This document shows positions 43,135 to 53,764 of a stretch of 64,000 nucleotides of DNA, one piece after another. The stretch comes from Alphaproteobacteria bacterium (lineage in GTDB: Bacteria; Pseudomonadota; Alphaproteobacteria; UBA828), in NCBI GenBank assembly GCA_965237415.1, contig CBDEFM010000001.1, positions 192,001-256,000 on the forward strand, in the 5' to 3' direction. Under the pieces are notes generated by a model. That model saw nothing but the letters and a program-made list of their open reading frames with translations, did not search any database and was not told the origin of the DNA. Each line of letters starts with the position of its first letter. Position 1 is the first letter of the stretch. The position numbers were made by a program, and so were the translations under genes.

Positions 43135-43188
43135 CGCGTCCTCAAGGTGCCCTCACAGGGCTGGGTGTACCTGCGGCCGGGCGGCCAC

Positions 43189-44274
43189 TCACCCGCTCTG
43201 TGCAAGCAAGAGCCCGGAGGCGGCGTCGAAGAGCGCGATGCGGGTCGCGCGGAACGCGAGACCGACTCGGGCGCCGACGGTGACCGGCTCATGCACGTCG
43301 ATGCTCACCGCCACGTACTCGCGATTGACCAAGAGCTCGTCGGCGCCATCGAGCGCGACGAAGGCAATGATGACGCCGCCGTAGGATTCGGTGAACTCGA
43401 TCGTGCCGTCGATGATGCCCTCGCCGGGCGGTTGCAGCTTCACGTCCTCGGGCCGGATGCCGAGGACGACCGACGCGGAGCCCTCGGCATTGACGCCCTC
43501 GAGCACGCGGCCGGCGACGGCGACCGTGCCCTCGTTCAGGGTGCCGCTCAGGAAGTTGATGCCGGGGCTGCCGATGAAGTCGGCGACGAACATGTTCGCC
43601 GGGCGCTCATAGATCGCGACCGGATCGGCCACCTGCTGGACTTCGCCCTTATTGAGCACGGCCACGCGGTCGGAGAGGATCAGCGCCTCGGCCTGGTCGT
43701 GGGTTACGTAGATCGTCGTGACCTTGTACGCCTGATGCAGGCGCTTGAGCTCGGTCCGCATGTGCTCGCGCAGCTTGAGGTCGAGATTGGAGAGCGGCTC
43801 GTCCATCAGGTAGCAGGCGGGACTCCGCACCATGGCGCGGCCGAGAGCGACGCGCTGGCGCTCGCCGCCCGAGAGCTTCGCCGGCTTGCGCTCGAGCAGC
43901 GGCTCGATGTTGAGGAGCCTCGCCGTCTCCCGCGCCTTCTCGTTAGCCTCGGCCTTGGACATGCCCGCGACCGTCAGGCCGAGCGTCATGTTCTGCAGCG
44001 CGGTCATGTGGGGGTAGAGCGCGTAAGTCTGAAAGACCATCGCCACGTCCCGGTCGCCGGGATCGACGTGGGTGACGTCGCGCTCGCCGATGGCGATGGA
44101 GCCCTCGGTCGGCTCCTCCAGCCCGGCGATCAGGCGGAGCGTCGTGGTCTTGCCGCATCCAGACGGCCCGAGCAGGGTCAGGAACTCGCCCTTGGCGATG
44201 TCGAGGTCGATCCCCCTGACGGCCTCGGTGCCGTCGCGAAAGCGCTTAACCAGTCCCCTGAGCGTGACGTTCAT
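43189..44274 (-). CDS. Carbohydrate ABC transporter ATP-binding protein
   Basis: GPSGCGKT, VFQTYALYPH, LSGGERQR, DEPLSNLD. Confidence 0.9.
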   Translation of the reverse strand: MNVTLRGLVKRFRDGTEAVRGIDLDIAKGEFLTLLGPSGCGKTTTLRLIAGLEEPTEGSIAIGERDVTHVDPGDRDVAMVFQTYALYPHMTALQNMTLGLTVAGMSKAEANEKARETARLLNIEPLLERKPAKLSGGERQRVALGRAMVRSPACYLMDEPLSNLDLKLREHMRTELKRLHQAYKVTTIYVTHDQAEALILSDRVAVLNKGEVQQVADPVAIYERPANMFVADFIGSPGINFLSGTLNEGTVAVAGRVLEGVNAEGSASVVLGIRPEDVKLQPPGEGIIDGTIEFTESYGGVIIAFVALDGADELLVNREYVAVSIDVHEPVTVGARVGLAFRATRIALFDAASGLLLAQSG

Positions 44275-44281
44275 GGCGGCC

Positions 44282-45103
44282 CTATTTCACCGCGCCGAGC
44301 GCGAGGCCGCGCGCGATGTGTCGCTGGAGCAGGAACACGACGGCGATCATCGGCAGCAGCTGTATCACCGCGCCGGCGCTGAGCGAACCCCACAGCACGT
44401 TGTAGAGGTCGATGGTCTTTTGCAGCGCGACCGGCATCGTCGTCGCCTTGTCGTAGGTGAGGAACAGCGCATAGAGATATTCGTTCCAGCTGAAGACGAA
44501 GGTGAAGATGGCCGTGACCGCGATGCCGGGCGCGGCCATCGGCAGGATGAGCCGGAAGATGATCTGCAGCCAGCTCAGCCCGTCGAGCCGGGCTGCCTCC
44601 TCCACCTCCTTCGGCAAATCCAGCAGGAATCCGCGCAGAATCCAGACCGCGAACGGCAGACCGAAGGCGACATAGACGACGATCAGCACGATCTGCGTGT
44701 CGATCAGGCTAAACCAGTTGGCCATCTTGAAATAGGGCAGCACGACGACCACGCCCGGCATGAATCGCAATGACAATATGACAAGGGCCCAGGTATCGCC
44801 CCCCATGAGCCCCATTCGCGCAACGGCGTAGGCCGCAGGCAGCGCGAGAATCATCACAATCAGCGTCGAGACACCGACCGTGATCAGGCTGTTCGCGATC
44901 GCACGGTCGAAGCGGAAGCGGTCGAAGATCTCGACATAGTGCTCGCCGGTGGGCTCGAATGTATAGAAGGTGGGCGTCTCGGCATTGATCACATTTGTGG
45001 GCTTGACCGAGGTGAGCGCCACCCACACCACCGGGATCAGCCACACGATGACGACGACGACTGCGAGCACATTGATCGCGCGCATGTAGATCGTCGACGT
45101 CAT
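44282..45103 (-). CDS. Carbohydrate ABC transporter permease
   Basis: EAA loop EEAARLDG, FSWNEY. Confidence 0.9.
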   Translation of the reverse strand: MTSTIYMRAINVLAVVVVIVWLIPVVWVALTSVKPTNVINAETPTFYTFEPTGEHYVEIFDRFRFDRAIANSLITVGVSTLIVMILALPAAYAVARMGLMGGDTWALVILSLRFMPGVVVVLPYFKMANWFSLIDTQIVLIVVYVAFGLPFAVWILRGFLLDLPKEVEEAARLDGLSWLQIIFRLILPMAAPGIAVTAIFTFVFSWNEYLYALFLTYDKATTMPVALQKTIDLYNVLWGSLSAGAVIQLLPMIAVVFLLQRHIARGLALGAVK

Positions 45104-46065
45104 GGCTGGTCGGCGGCGCGCGCCGCCTTCTCCGTTCGGTAGAGCGTATTGAGGAACAAGACGACGACTAGGTTGATCAGAATCAGGATGACGAACCCGT
45201 AGGCCGCCATCAGGCCGAGATGGCCCTGCTCGAAGATGGTGTAGTCATAGACGCTGGCGAGCAGCGTCGACGATCCCGGCCCGCCCCTTGTCATGATGAA
45301 GTTGAGATCGAAGATACGGATCGCATCCACCAGCCGGATCAGGATCACCACCATGATGACCGGGCGGATCAGCGGGATCACGATGCGCGTGTAGAAGGTG
45401 ACGCCGCGCACCCGGTCGAGCTTAGCCGCCTCCGTGATCTCCGGCGAGATGCTCTGCATCCCTGCGAGCAGGATCAGCGCGATGAAGGGCGTCCACTGCC
45501 AGCAGTCGACGAGCATCAGCGTGGCGAGCGCGGTGTCCTTGTGCGAGATCCAGGTCCATTTCTCGAGGCCGAAGCCGGTGTTGAGGATCCAATTGGCAAG
45601 GCCCGAGACCGGCTCGAAGATAAAGCGCCAAGTGAGCCCCATGGCGATCGGCGAGATGAACACCGGAATGATGATGAGCGTGCGCAGCAGACCGGCACCC
45701 TGCATCTTGCGATCGAGCAGCACGGCGAGGAAGAAGCCGAGCACCATCTGGATGGAGACGACGATAACGGCCCACATCACGGTGAGCCGGATGCTGTTCC
45801 AGAAGCGATGGTCCTCGAACAGGTCGTCGTAGTTGCGCCAGCCGACGAAGCGCGCCACGTCCGGGTTGTAGAGCGGGTCGACCTTGAACGAGAGCGTACC
45901 CGAGAAGGCCAGCGGGAAGATTGCGAGCGCCAGCAGGACCAGCACGCAGGGCGCGAGCAACATGTAAGCGGTGCGCCGCTGCTGGCGCGCCACCGCACCC
46001 GGCCGCAGCGGCCGGGACGGCCCGGCCGCACGCGGCGGCCGGGCCTCAAGGCTGGCTACAGTCAC
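45100..46065 (-). CDS. Carbohydrate ABC transporter permease
   Basis: FVGWRNY, WQWTPF, EAAKLD, TRGGPG. Confidence 0.9.
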   Translation of the reverse strand: MTVASLEARPPRAAGPSRPLRPGAVARQQRRTAYMLLAPCVLVLLALAIFPLAFSGTLSFKVDPLYNPDVARFVGWRNYDDLFEDHRFWNSIRLTVMWAVIVVSIQMVLGFFLAVLLDRKMQGAGLLRTLIIIPVFISPIAMGLTWRFIFEPVSGLANWILNTGFGLEKWTWISHKDTALATLMLVDCWQWTPFIALILLAGMQSISPEITEAAKLDRVRGVTFYTRIVIPLIRPVIMVVILIRLVDAIRIFDLNFIMTRGGPGSSTLLASVYDYTIFEQGHLGLMAAYGFVILILINLVVVLFLNTLYRTEKAARAADQP

Positions 46066-46100
46066 GCCCGAGGTTCCGGGAAGACCCCGGCCTCACGCAC

Positions 46101-47528
46101 TCAGGCGTAGTAGCCGCTGTCCTCCATGATGCGATGGACCCGCTTGCTATTGGCCTTCATCGCATCCTCGATGCTTTGCTCCTCGTTGACCGCGTCGGCC
46201 ACCTCCTCGCCCATGGCACCCATGATGGCGTAGGCCTCCGGCACCGTCGGCGTGTTGACCACCGAAACCGGATAGGCCTTCATCAGGCCGACGAAGAAGG
46301 GCTTGCGGTCCGACCAGCGCTTGAGCGTCGAGACCCGCGAGAGCTGGCCGCCGGCACCCACGATCGCATCCGCGATGAGGGGGCTGCCGTCCAGATCCTC
46401 CCGATCGCCTGAGTTGAGGAACTTGATCCAGGCGAAGGCGGTCTCCCGATTGCCGCCGAAGGTCGGCATGAACTGGCCGAAGCCGCCGGCGAGCGCGCGG
46501 TGAGCGCCGTTGGGTCCGGTGCCTCGCGGCGAGAGATCCATGTGCCAATGCTCGTGCAGGTCGGTGTAAGACGCGTCGTTGAGCACCGCCGTGCCCCAGG
46601 TGAGCGGGCTGTAGAGCGCGGTGCCGGCGGCGAACACCTGGTTGACCTCGTCCTCGCCGGCGTTGGCGGCGACCGGGTGCGCGTATTTCTGGAGCTCGAC
46701 CAGCACCTTCAGGGCTTGATAGGCCTCCTCGCTCTCCAGCGTCACCGTATAGTCCTTGTTCTCCTCGTCGGCGAAGACGGCACCGCCCATGCCGCGCAGT
46801 GCGCCAAAGTACTGGTAGCCAGCCCAGAAGCTGCGCTGCATCGCCGCGCAATAGGCGTAGCGCTCGTTGTCCGGGTCGTGGATCTCCTTGCAGGCGTCGA
46901 TCACCTGGTCCCAGGTCTCGGGCACAGGCACGCCGTACTTCTCGAAGACGTCCTTGCGGTAGAAAGTCATCATCGCGTTGCCGTCGGGCGCGAGGGCCGC
47001 GACGTAGCCTGGCGGGGCCGGCCCCTTGGGCAGGTTCCACATGTGTCGGTAGTTCTCCGGCACATCCTGCTCATAGTCCGCGTACCAGTCCGGGAAGGGC
47101 TCGATATAGGGCCCGAGGTCGGTGAGCGCGCCCATCGCGTCCAGCGCCGCAAACTGGGCGTGGTCCTGGGTGATGATGTCGAAGGCGTCGCTCTTGGACC
47201 GCATGTAGGTGTTGATCTGGGTCAGCGCCTCGCTCATCGGCTTCGAGACGACCTCGAGCGTCACGTTCGGAAACACCTTGTCGAAGAGCGGCTTGACCGC
47301 CCGCAAGGAATTCGCGAGCCGTTTGCCGGACGAGGCGAAGTGGACGATGGTCCCGCCCACGTCGGCATGCACCTCGCGCGGCACGAACTGCGACGCAAGT
47401 GTCGCGCCGAGCGCCGTCGCGGCCGAGGCCTTCAGCACCTGACGGCGGGTGAGCTCCCGCCCCCGGAAGTGCCTGATGCGTTTTATCGCATTGTCGTAGG
47501 CTCGGATGTCACTGTCTGATTTTCGCAT
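46101..47528 (-). CDS. Tat-exported ABC transporter substrate-binding protein
   Basis: Twin-arginine signal TRRQVLK, YRKDVF, PETWD; ATG at 47528 chosen. Confidence 0.85.
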   Translation of the reverse strand: MRKSDSDIRAYDNAIKRIRHFRGRELTRRQVLKASAATALGATLASQFVPREVHADVGGTIVHFASSGKRLANSLRAVKPLFDKVFPNVTLEVVSKPMSEALTQINTYMRSKSDAFDIITQDHAQFAALDAMGALTDLGPYIEPFPDWYADYEQDVPENYRHMWNLPKGPAPPGYVAALAPDGNAMMTFYRKDVFEKYGVPVPETWDQVIDACKEIHDPDNERYAYCAAMQRSFWAGYQYFGALRGMGGAVFADEENKDYTVTLESEEAYQALKVLVELQKYAHPVAANAGEDEVNQVFAAGTALYSPLTWGTAVLNDASYTDLHEHWHMDLSPRGTGPNGAHRALAGGFGQFMPTFGGNRETAFAWIKFLNSGDREDLDGSPLIADAIVGAGGQLSRVSTLKRWSDRKPFFVGLMKAYPVSVVNTPTVPEAYAIMGAMGEEVADAVNEEQSIEDAMKANSKRVHRIMEDSGYYA

Positions 47529-47717
47529 ATGTGCCTCCCTTGAGTTTGGCTGCGCCGGACAGATCGGAAAGTTCCAACCTGAAAAAACGCTACGGTTGCC
47601 GGCGGAACCTGTCAAGAAAGCAGCTGGCCGGATTCGGCCGGGGCTGCCTGTCCTTTGAGCACGCCCCGCGTGTAGACTGCGCCGCAGCGCGCACCTTCAC
47701 GATCCGGGAGCGGAGCC

Positions 47718-48341
47718 TTGTTCAACCTGTCCAAAATCATAACGCGATGGTTCCCCGCCGTTTTGGCGCTCGCCGTCGCGGCGGGGACCATGATGACCGA
47801 TCAGACCGAAAGCCACGCCGACGAAGGCGGAAGCCCGCTCGTCACGTTCGAGACCACGCACGGCTCGTTCGCAGTCGCGCTCGAGCTCGAGACCGCGCCC
47901 GAGACGGTTGCGAACTTCGTCCAGTATGTCCGGGACGGCTATTACGACGGGACGATTTTCCACCGGGTGATCGCAGGCTTCATGATCCAGGGCGGCGGCT
48001 ACACGCAGCGCTACGAGCAGATGCCGACGCGCGCGCCGATCCAGAACGAGGCCCCGAATGCCCCCGGCAACGATCGGGGAACGATCGCCATGGCGCGCAC
48101 GGCCGACCCCCACTCCGCCACCGCGCAGTTCTTCATCAACGTCGTCGACAACGACTTCCTCAACCATCGCGGCAAGAACCCGCAAGGATGGGGCTATGCC
48201 GCGTTCGGCCGGGTGGTCGACGGCATGGAGACGGTGGACCGCATCGCTGCTCTGCAAACCGGCCCCGGCGGCCCCTTCCCGAGCGACGTGCCGCAAGAGG
48301 CCGTGGTCATCGAAAAGGCGACGGTCAGCGGCGGATCCTAG
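47718..48341 (+). CDS. Cyclophilin-type peptidyl-prolyl isomerase
   Basis: FHRVI, IQGGG, AMART, SATAQFFIN, FGRV. Confidence 0.93.
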   Translation: MFNLSKIITRWFPAVLALAVAAGTMMTDQTESHADEGGSPLVTFETTHGSFAVALELETAPETVANFVQYVRDGYYDGTIFHRVIAGFMIQGGGYTQRYEQMPTRAPIQNEAPNAPGNDRGTIAMARTADPHSATAQFFINVVDNDFLNHRGKNPQGWGYAAFGRVVDGMETVDRIAALQTGPGGPFPSDVPQEAVVIEKATVSGGS

Positions 48342-48365
48342 CCCCCACGCTCTGAACCTTCGCTA

Positions 48366-49982
48366 ATGGTCCGGGCGATGCGGTCGGACCATCAGGCGGA
48401 CTATATCGTCGTCGGCGCGGGCTCCAGCGGCAGCGTGGTCGCCGCACGGCTCTCGGAGGACGGGCGCAACCGGGTGCTGCTGCTGGAGGCCGGCGGCTCG
48501 GACCGCCGCATGGTCATCCTGATGCCGGCGGGCACCATGCTCTACGGCATCACCAATCCGCGCTACGACTGGCGCTTCATGGCCCAGCCGGATCCCACCC
48601 GCGGCGGGCGCGAGGATTACATGCCGCGCGGCAAGGTGCTGGGCGGCACCAGCTCGATCAACGCCACCTCCTACGTGCGGGGTGCGCCCGAGGACTACAA
48701 CGGCTGGGCGGCGCTCGGCTGCCGCGGCTGGGACTTCGAGAACGTCCTCCCCTATTTCCGCCGCCTGGAAGACTTCGAGGGCGGCGCTGACCAATACCGG
48801 GGCGCGGGAGGGCCGCTCTCCGTCTCCCACATCCGCTCGCTGCATCCGCTTTCCCGCGTCCTGGTCGAGACCTGCGTCAAGGCGGGCATGACCTTCCGCG
48901 AGGACATCAACGCACCGCCGCAGATGGGCGTGGGCTACGTCCAGGCCACCCAGCGCCGGGGCTGGCGGCACAGCGCGTCACGGGCGTATCTCTGGCCGGC
49001 CAAGGGCCGCGACAACCTGCGTATCGTGACCCACGCCCAGGCTCTGGGCTTGGTGTTCGAGGGCACGCGCGCCGTCGGCGTGGACTACCTCCGGCGTGGC
49101 AAACGCAGGCAGGCAACCGCCGCCAAGGCAGTCGTCCTCTGCGCCGGCACCTTCGGCTCGCCGCAGCTCCTGATGCTGTCTGGCGTCGGGCCTGAAGCCC
49201 ACCTCCGCGAGCACGGCATCGAGGTCCGCCATGACCTGCCCGGCGTGGGCGAGAACATGCAGGATCATGCCGGGATCAGCCAGACCATGTGGGTCAACCG
49301 CAAGACCTACAATGTCCAGACCGGGCTGCTGAGCGCGCTCTTTTACGGTGCCCAGTGGCTGCTGGCCGGCACCGGCCCGGCCTCCACGCCGATCGCCCAG
49401 GTCTGCGGCTTCCGGCGCTGCGATCCGAGCAAGTCGCGCAGCCACGTGCAGTACCTGTTCTCGCCGGCGGGCTACGACCTCACCGCCGACGGGCCGGAGG
49501 TCTTCGACAGGCCTGCGATCACCGGCCTCACCAACCTGCACCGGCCCTACTCGGCCGGCACCGTGCGCCTTGCGTCGGCCGACCCCCTCGCCCAGCCCGC
49601 GATCCAGCCGAACCTGTTTGCCGATGAGCGCGATATCGAGACCCTGGCGCTCGGCGCACGCTTCTTCCGCACCGTCCTGGCCAGCGAGCCCATCTCGCGC
49701 TACATCGTCGGCGAGTACCTGCCCGGCGCGGGCGTGCAGAGCGACGACGAGTGGCGCGAGTACATCCGCGCCAACGCCATCGGCGTCTATCACCCCGCCG
49801 GCACCTGCAAGATGGGGAACGACCCCATGGCGGTGGTCGACGACGGCCTCAAGGTGCACGGGCTTGACGGCCTCTATGTGGCCGACGCCTCGATCATGCC
49901 GACCGTCGTCAGCGCCAACCTCAACGCCACCTGCATCATGATCGGCGAGCGCGCGGCGGAGATGATCCGCGCCGCCGCCTGA
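48366..49982 (+). CDS. GMC oxidoreductase (choline dehydrogenase-like family)
   Basis: GAGSSG, RGKVLGGTSSIN, LMLSGVG, YHPAGTCKMG, DASIMP. Confidence 0.9.
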   Translation: MVRAMRSDHQADYIVVGAGSSGSVVAARLSEDGRNRVLLLEAGGSDRRMVILMPAGTMLYGITNPRYDWRFMAQPDPTRGGREDYMPRGKVLGGTSSINATSYVRGAPEDYNGWAALGCRGWDFENVLPYFRRLEDFEGGADQYRGAGGPLSVSHIRSLHPLSRVLVETCVKAGMTFREDINAPPQMGVGYVQATQRRGWRHSASRAYLWPAKGRDNLRIVTHAQALGLVFEGTRAVGVDYLRRGKRRQATAAKAVVLCAGTFGSPQLLMLSGVGPEAHLREHGIEVRHDLPGVGENMQDHAGISQTMWVNRKTYNVQTGLLSALFYGAQWLLAGTGPASTPIAQVCGFRRCDPSKSRSHVQYLFSPAGYDLTADGPEVFDRPAITGLTNLHRPYSAGTVRLASADPLAQPAIQPNLFADERDIETLALGARFFRTVLASEPISRYIVGEYLPGAGVQSDDEWREYIRANAIGVYHPAGTCKMGNDPMAVVDDGLKVHGLDGLYVADASIMPTVVSANLNATCIMIGERAAEMIRAAA

Positions 49983-50021
49983 ACGGTGTCGCAGACACCA
50001 TCCACCACGGGAGACCCCGCA

Positions 50022-50330
50022 ATGCCCTACACCGTCGCCGCAGCCCTCAGGATCAAGACGAAGCACGTCGCCGAGTTCACCCGGCTGGTGAAGCGCCACG
50101 CCGCCAACTCGATCTCCAGGGAACCGGGCTGCATCGCCTTCGAGGTGAGCGTCGACCGCGACGATCCGCAGCGCTTCATCTTCTACGAGATCTATCTCAC
50201 CGAAGCCGACTTCGACGCCCACACCCAGACCCCCTGGTTCAAGCGCCAGACGGAGCGGACGGCCCACATGGTCGACGGCGAGTTCGAGATGTTCGCCCTC
50301 GGCCACCGCATCGCCGCGCCCAACAAGTAG
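50022..50330 (+). CDS. ABM / putative quinol monooxygenase family protein
   Basis: EPGC..F, FIFYEIY, FDAHTQTPWF. Confidence 0.8.
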   Translation: MPYTVAAALRIKTKHVAEFTRLVKRHAANSISREPGCIAFEVSVDRDDPQRFIFYEIYLTEADFDAHTQTPWFKRQTERTAHMVDGEFEMFALGHRIAAPNK

Positions 50331-50368
50331 CGCTTCAGGGCCGCAGCCGCTTTATCCCACCTCTCCCT

Positions 50369-50400
50369 GTCCCTCTCCCCCTGAAGGGCGGAGAGGGGAC
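50369..50400. repeat. Alphaproteobacterial CCCTCTCC...GGAGAGGG palindromic intergenic repeat
   Basis: GTCCCTCTCCCCCTGAAGGGCGGAGAGGGGAC hairpin after the ABM gene. Confidence 0.65.
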
Positions 50401-50847
50401 GAAGACGGAGTAGCGACCAAAAAATTAGGTGAAATGGACCGAGAAATAACCTGAAACGCCAGGACTCGAGGTCAAATCAGCCGGGAAATGGGCGGCTGCG
50501 CCGGGCTGGAAAGGGCGATGCACGGGCCGGCAGGGGCAGTGCAGCGGACATGCTCCGGGTAGGCCAAGGTGCTACCGAGGGCCGCTGCCAGTCATGCCTT
50601 GATGATGTAGCACGCGGTGCGCTAGGGCGGCATATTGCGCGGGGCACTCCTCCAACCGCGGTTCGCGCCCCTTGGGTGCTTCCGATCGCCACCGAGGAAT
50701 CGACGCCGCCCACGCCGGTGAGATTGTTCCGAGCAGCATCCGTTTCTGTTGTTGCGTTTGCCGCTGAGGATATAGCCATACGGACGCATCTCGGCGATTG
50801 TCAACGCGTGCGTCGCAGCGCCGCCGCTGGCGGTGATCCTTTAGCAG

Positions 50848-50970
50848 GTAACGAAGCGAACAACGCTGCGGGTCGGCGACCGGGTGGAGGTGCGCGTCGA
50901 CGAGGCCAACGTTCAGGTGATGGACATGGAGACTGGCAGAAACGTTGCCGCATCGCTCGACGGTGAATAG
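50848..50970 (+). pseudogene. Possible C-terminal (TOBE-like) remnant of an ABC ATPase
   Basis: Manual translation VTKRTTLRVGDRVEVRVDEANVQVMDMETGRNVAASLDGE*, preceded by an in-frame stop. Confidence 0.35.
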
Positions 50971-51082
50971 GGCGAGAGACGCGGCTTTATGAGCTTGAGT
51001 GGGGCATCCGCTGTGCGTTGGCAGACAGTCCTCCAGGCGCTCTCGCTGAATGTTGGACTCTGACACAGGGGAGGTTGAATTC

Positions 51083-53251
51083 ATGCCACGTGATCCGAAA
51101 CACGACATCTTGTTCGAACCTATCGCAGTGGGCCCGAAAATCGCTAGGAATCGGTTCTGGCAGACACCGCATTGCGCTGGGCCGGGCTCCGAGAGACCGG
51201 GCGCGCAGGCAGCGTTCCGGGGCATGAAGGCCGAAGGCGGGTGGGGCACCGTGTTCACGGAATTCTGCTCGATCGATCCCGAATCCGACGACTATCCTTA
51301 CGTGTCCGCGCGCCTTTGGGATGAAGGCGACATCGTCAATCTGCGCCACCTCTGCGACACCCTTCACGGTCACGGTGCCCTGGCCGGCGTTCAGCTCTGG
51401 TATGGCGGTATCCAGTCGGCCTGCCTCGAATCCCGCGAGGTGCCGCGCAGTTCGGGCGACCTTCCATCCGACGGCTACCGCTCGCGAGCCCTTTACGGCT
51501 ACGAGGCCGACGCGAACGACATCAAGGCGCTCATCGAAATGTACGTGGAAGCGGCGAAGCGCGGCCAGCAGGCGGGCTTCGACATCCTCGAAGTGATCTG
51601 CAGCGACAGCAACATCACCATGCAGTTCTTCGAGCGGCGCTATAATCACCGAAACGACGGCTACGGCGGCTCGCTGGAGAACCGTGCGCGCTTCACTATC
51701 GAGGTCTTGAGCGCGCTCAAGAGCGCGTGCGGCGACGACAGCGCCATCTGTGCCCGGTTCAGTCTGGACACCACCCGCGGAGAAAGGGGCATCCAGCATT
51801 TCGACGAGGGCCTCGGCTTCTGTGAAATCCTGGCGCGCGAGGGCGTGGTGGACGTGCTGTCGACCAAGATCGGCGATCTCGAGGAGTGGGCGGGCGAGGA
51901 TGCCGGCGGCTCGCGCTTCCGCAAGACCAACTGGACCAGGCCGTTCGTCGATCAGGTCAAGTCCGTGATGGGCGATATACCGGTGGTCAACAACGGGCGC
52001 TTCACCAGTCCCGACGACATGGTCGGCGTCATCAACGCGGGCCAGTGCGATATCATCGGCGCGGCGCGGCCATCGATCGCCGACCCCTTCCTGCCGAAGA
52101 AGATCGAGGAAGGGCGCAGCGAGGACATTCGCGAGTGCATCGGCTGCAACATGTGCGTCTCGAAGTTTCAGCAGAACGGCCAGATTTACTGTACCCAGAA
52201 CGCGACCACGATGGAGGAATATCGCCGCGGCTGGCATCCCGAGAAGTTCGCGAAGACGACGGACCCCTGCGCGGTTCTGGTGGTGGGCGGCGGGCCGGCC
52301 GGCATGGAGTGCGCGCGGGTCTTGGGGGAACGCGGCTACGACGTGCACCTGCGCGAGGCCGAGGCCGAGCTCGGTGGTCTCTGGAAGGATGTCGCGCGTT
52401 ATCCGCGCTGCGCCGAGTGGGGCCGGGTCATCAGCTACCGGGAAATCCAGCTCGCCAAGCTCCGGAATGTTGAGGTTCATCTCGGCGTGGGCAGGATGAC
52501 GACGGACGACGTGCTCGACTATGGCGCCGATCGGGTGGTGATCGCGACAGGCTCGCGCTGGTCGGACAACGGGCTGGCGGCCGAGACGCACGCCCCGATC
52601 CCCGGCGCCGACGCGGCGCTGGCGCACTGTCTCACGCCCGAACAGGTCATGGCCGGGAAGCCCGTCGGCGAGCGGGTCGTGATCGTCGACGGTGACAACC
52701 ACTTTACCGGGGCTGCGATGGCCGAGCTTCTGGCCGATCAGGGCAAGCAGGTGACGATCGTGACCGATGCGGCCAACGTCGCGGAATACACCTACTTCAC
52801 GATGGAGATGGGCAACCTCAAACGCATGATGCACGAGAAGAGGATCGGGAAGTTCACCTGCCATTGGCTGGAACGGATCGCGCCCGGCGCAGTTACTCTG
52901 TACGACCTCTACCGCGACAGTCCCGATTTGACCGATCTCGGCAATGGGCGGTTCGGGCGCCGCGAGGGCACCGAGACCATCGAGGCGGCGTGCGACTCTG
53001 TTGTGCTGGTCACCGCGCGCGTCCCGAACGCCGCACTCTATCGAGAGCTCAAGGCGCGCGCCGGCGAGTGGCAGGCGAAGGAGATTCTCAACATCTACCG
53101 GGTCGGCGACTGCCGCGCGCCGCAACAATTGATGAACGCGATCTTCGACGCGCACCGGCTGGCACGCGAATTCGATTCACCGCACCCCGAGCGCCCCCTG
53201 CCGTGGATCCGGGAACGCCAGATCTGGGGCGCCGAGATACCGTCCGGCTGA
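51083..53251 (+). CDS. Trimethylamine/dimethylamine/histamine dehydrogenase family flavo-iron-sulfur protein
   Basis: N-terminus MPRDPKHDILFEPI..GPK..RNRF.Q.PHC (FMN-binding Cys), GGSLENRARF, ARPSIADP, CIGCNMC...C 4Fe-4S motif, EEYRRGWHPE. Confidence 0.9.
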   Translation: MPRDPKHDILFEPIAVGPKIARNRFWQTPHCAGPGSERPGAQAAFRGMKAEGGWGTVFTEFCSIDPESDDYPYVSARLWDEGDIVNLRHLCDTLHGHGALAGVQLWYGGIQSACLESREVPRSSGDLPSDGYRSRALYGYEADANDIKALIEMYVEAAKRGQQAGFDILEVICSDSNITMQFFERRYNHRNDGYGGSLENRARFTIEVLSALKSACGDDSAICARFSLDTTRGERGIQHFDEGLGFCEILAREGVVDVLSTKIGDLEEWAGEDAGGSRFRKTNWTRPFVDQVKSVMGDIPVVNNGRFTSPDDMVGVINAGQCDIIGAARPSIADPFLPKKIEEGRSEDIRECIGCNMCVSKFQQNGQIYCTQNATTMEEYRRGWHPEKFAKTTDPCAVLVVGGGPAGMECARVLGERGYDVHLREAEAELGGLWKDVARYPRCAEWGRVISYREIQLAKLRNVEVHLGVGRMTTDDVLDYGADRVVIATGSRWSDNGLAAETHAPIPGADAALAHCLTPEQVMAGKPVGERVVIVDGDNHFTGAAMAELLADQGKQVTIVTDAANVAEYTYFTMEMGNLKRMMHEKRIGKFTCHWLERIAPGAVTLYDLYRDSPDLTDLGNGRFGRREGTETIEAACDSVVLVTARVPNAALYRELKARAGEWQAKEILNIYRVGDCRAPQQLMNAIFDAHRLAREFDSPHPERPLPWIRERQIWGAEIPSG

Positions 53252-53764
53252 CCGGAGGCCATCCCTCAGTCGGTGTCGAGCCTCTCAGCGGGCGGGACCA
53301 CGTCGGTTGCCAGGTCGCGGATCACCCGCGTGTTGCAGAGCGGCTCCAGCGTCATGGTATTGCGCTCAAGGCGGGTCGCGCAGGTCTCCGTCCACTAAGC
53401 TGGGCGCGTAAACCATACCGCGACGTTAGCGTCCAATGCGGCGGGTGTAGGCGCCGTAGGTCTCGATCGGGTACGCATTTCGGTCGCTCCTGACGGATCG
53501 AACGCCTGGGCGCAACGCCATCCGTAATCGTGAAGCAAAATCCGGACTAAGAACTGGGTCACGGAGCTTGGTGTCAGCGGCAGAGAGACTATGCGCCGGC
53601 GCTGGAGCGCGCCCCGGAGACCGGACGGATCGTGGGTCGTGATCCGATTGCTTGCACTCGGACCGTGCACTTGTATCGCCTTTGGCACTATCCTATCCTG
53701 ACGGTCTCGTTGCACCGCTTTCCCTTCGAATATTCAATAATCGACCGTAGAGGTGAGTATTGCG

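Noticed and set aside
41887-44382. 831-aa plus-strand ORF
   Set aside because: Antisense shadow of the TPR protein and ABC ATPase; no recognisable motifs
50987-53155. 722-aa minus-strand ORF
   Set aside because: Antisense shadow of the TMADH-like gene, typical of high-GC DNA
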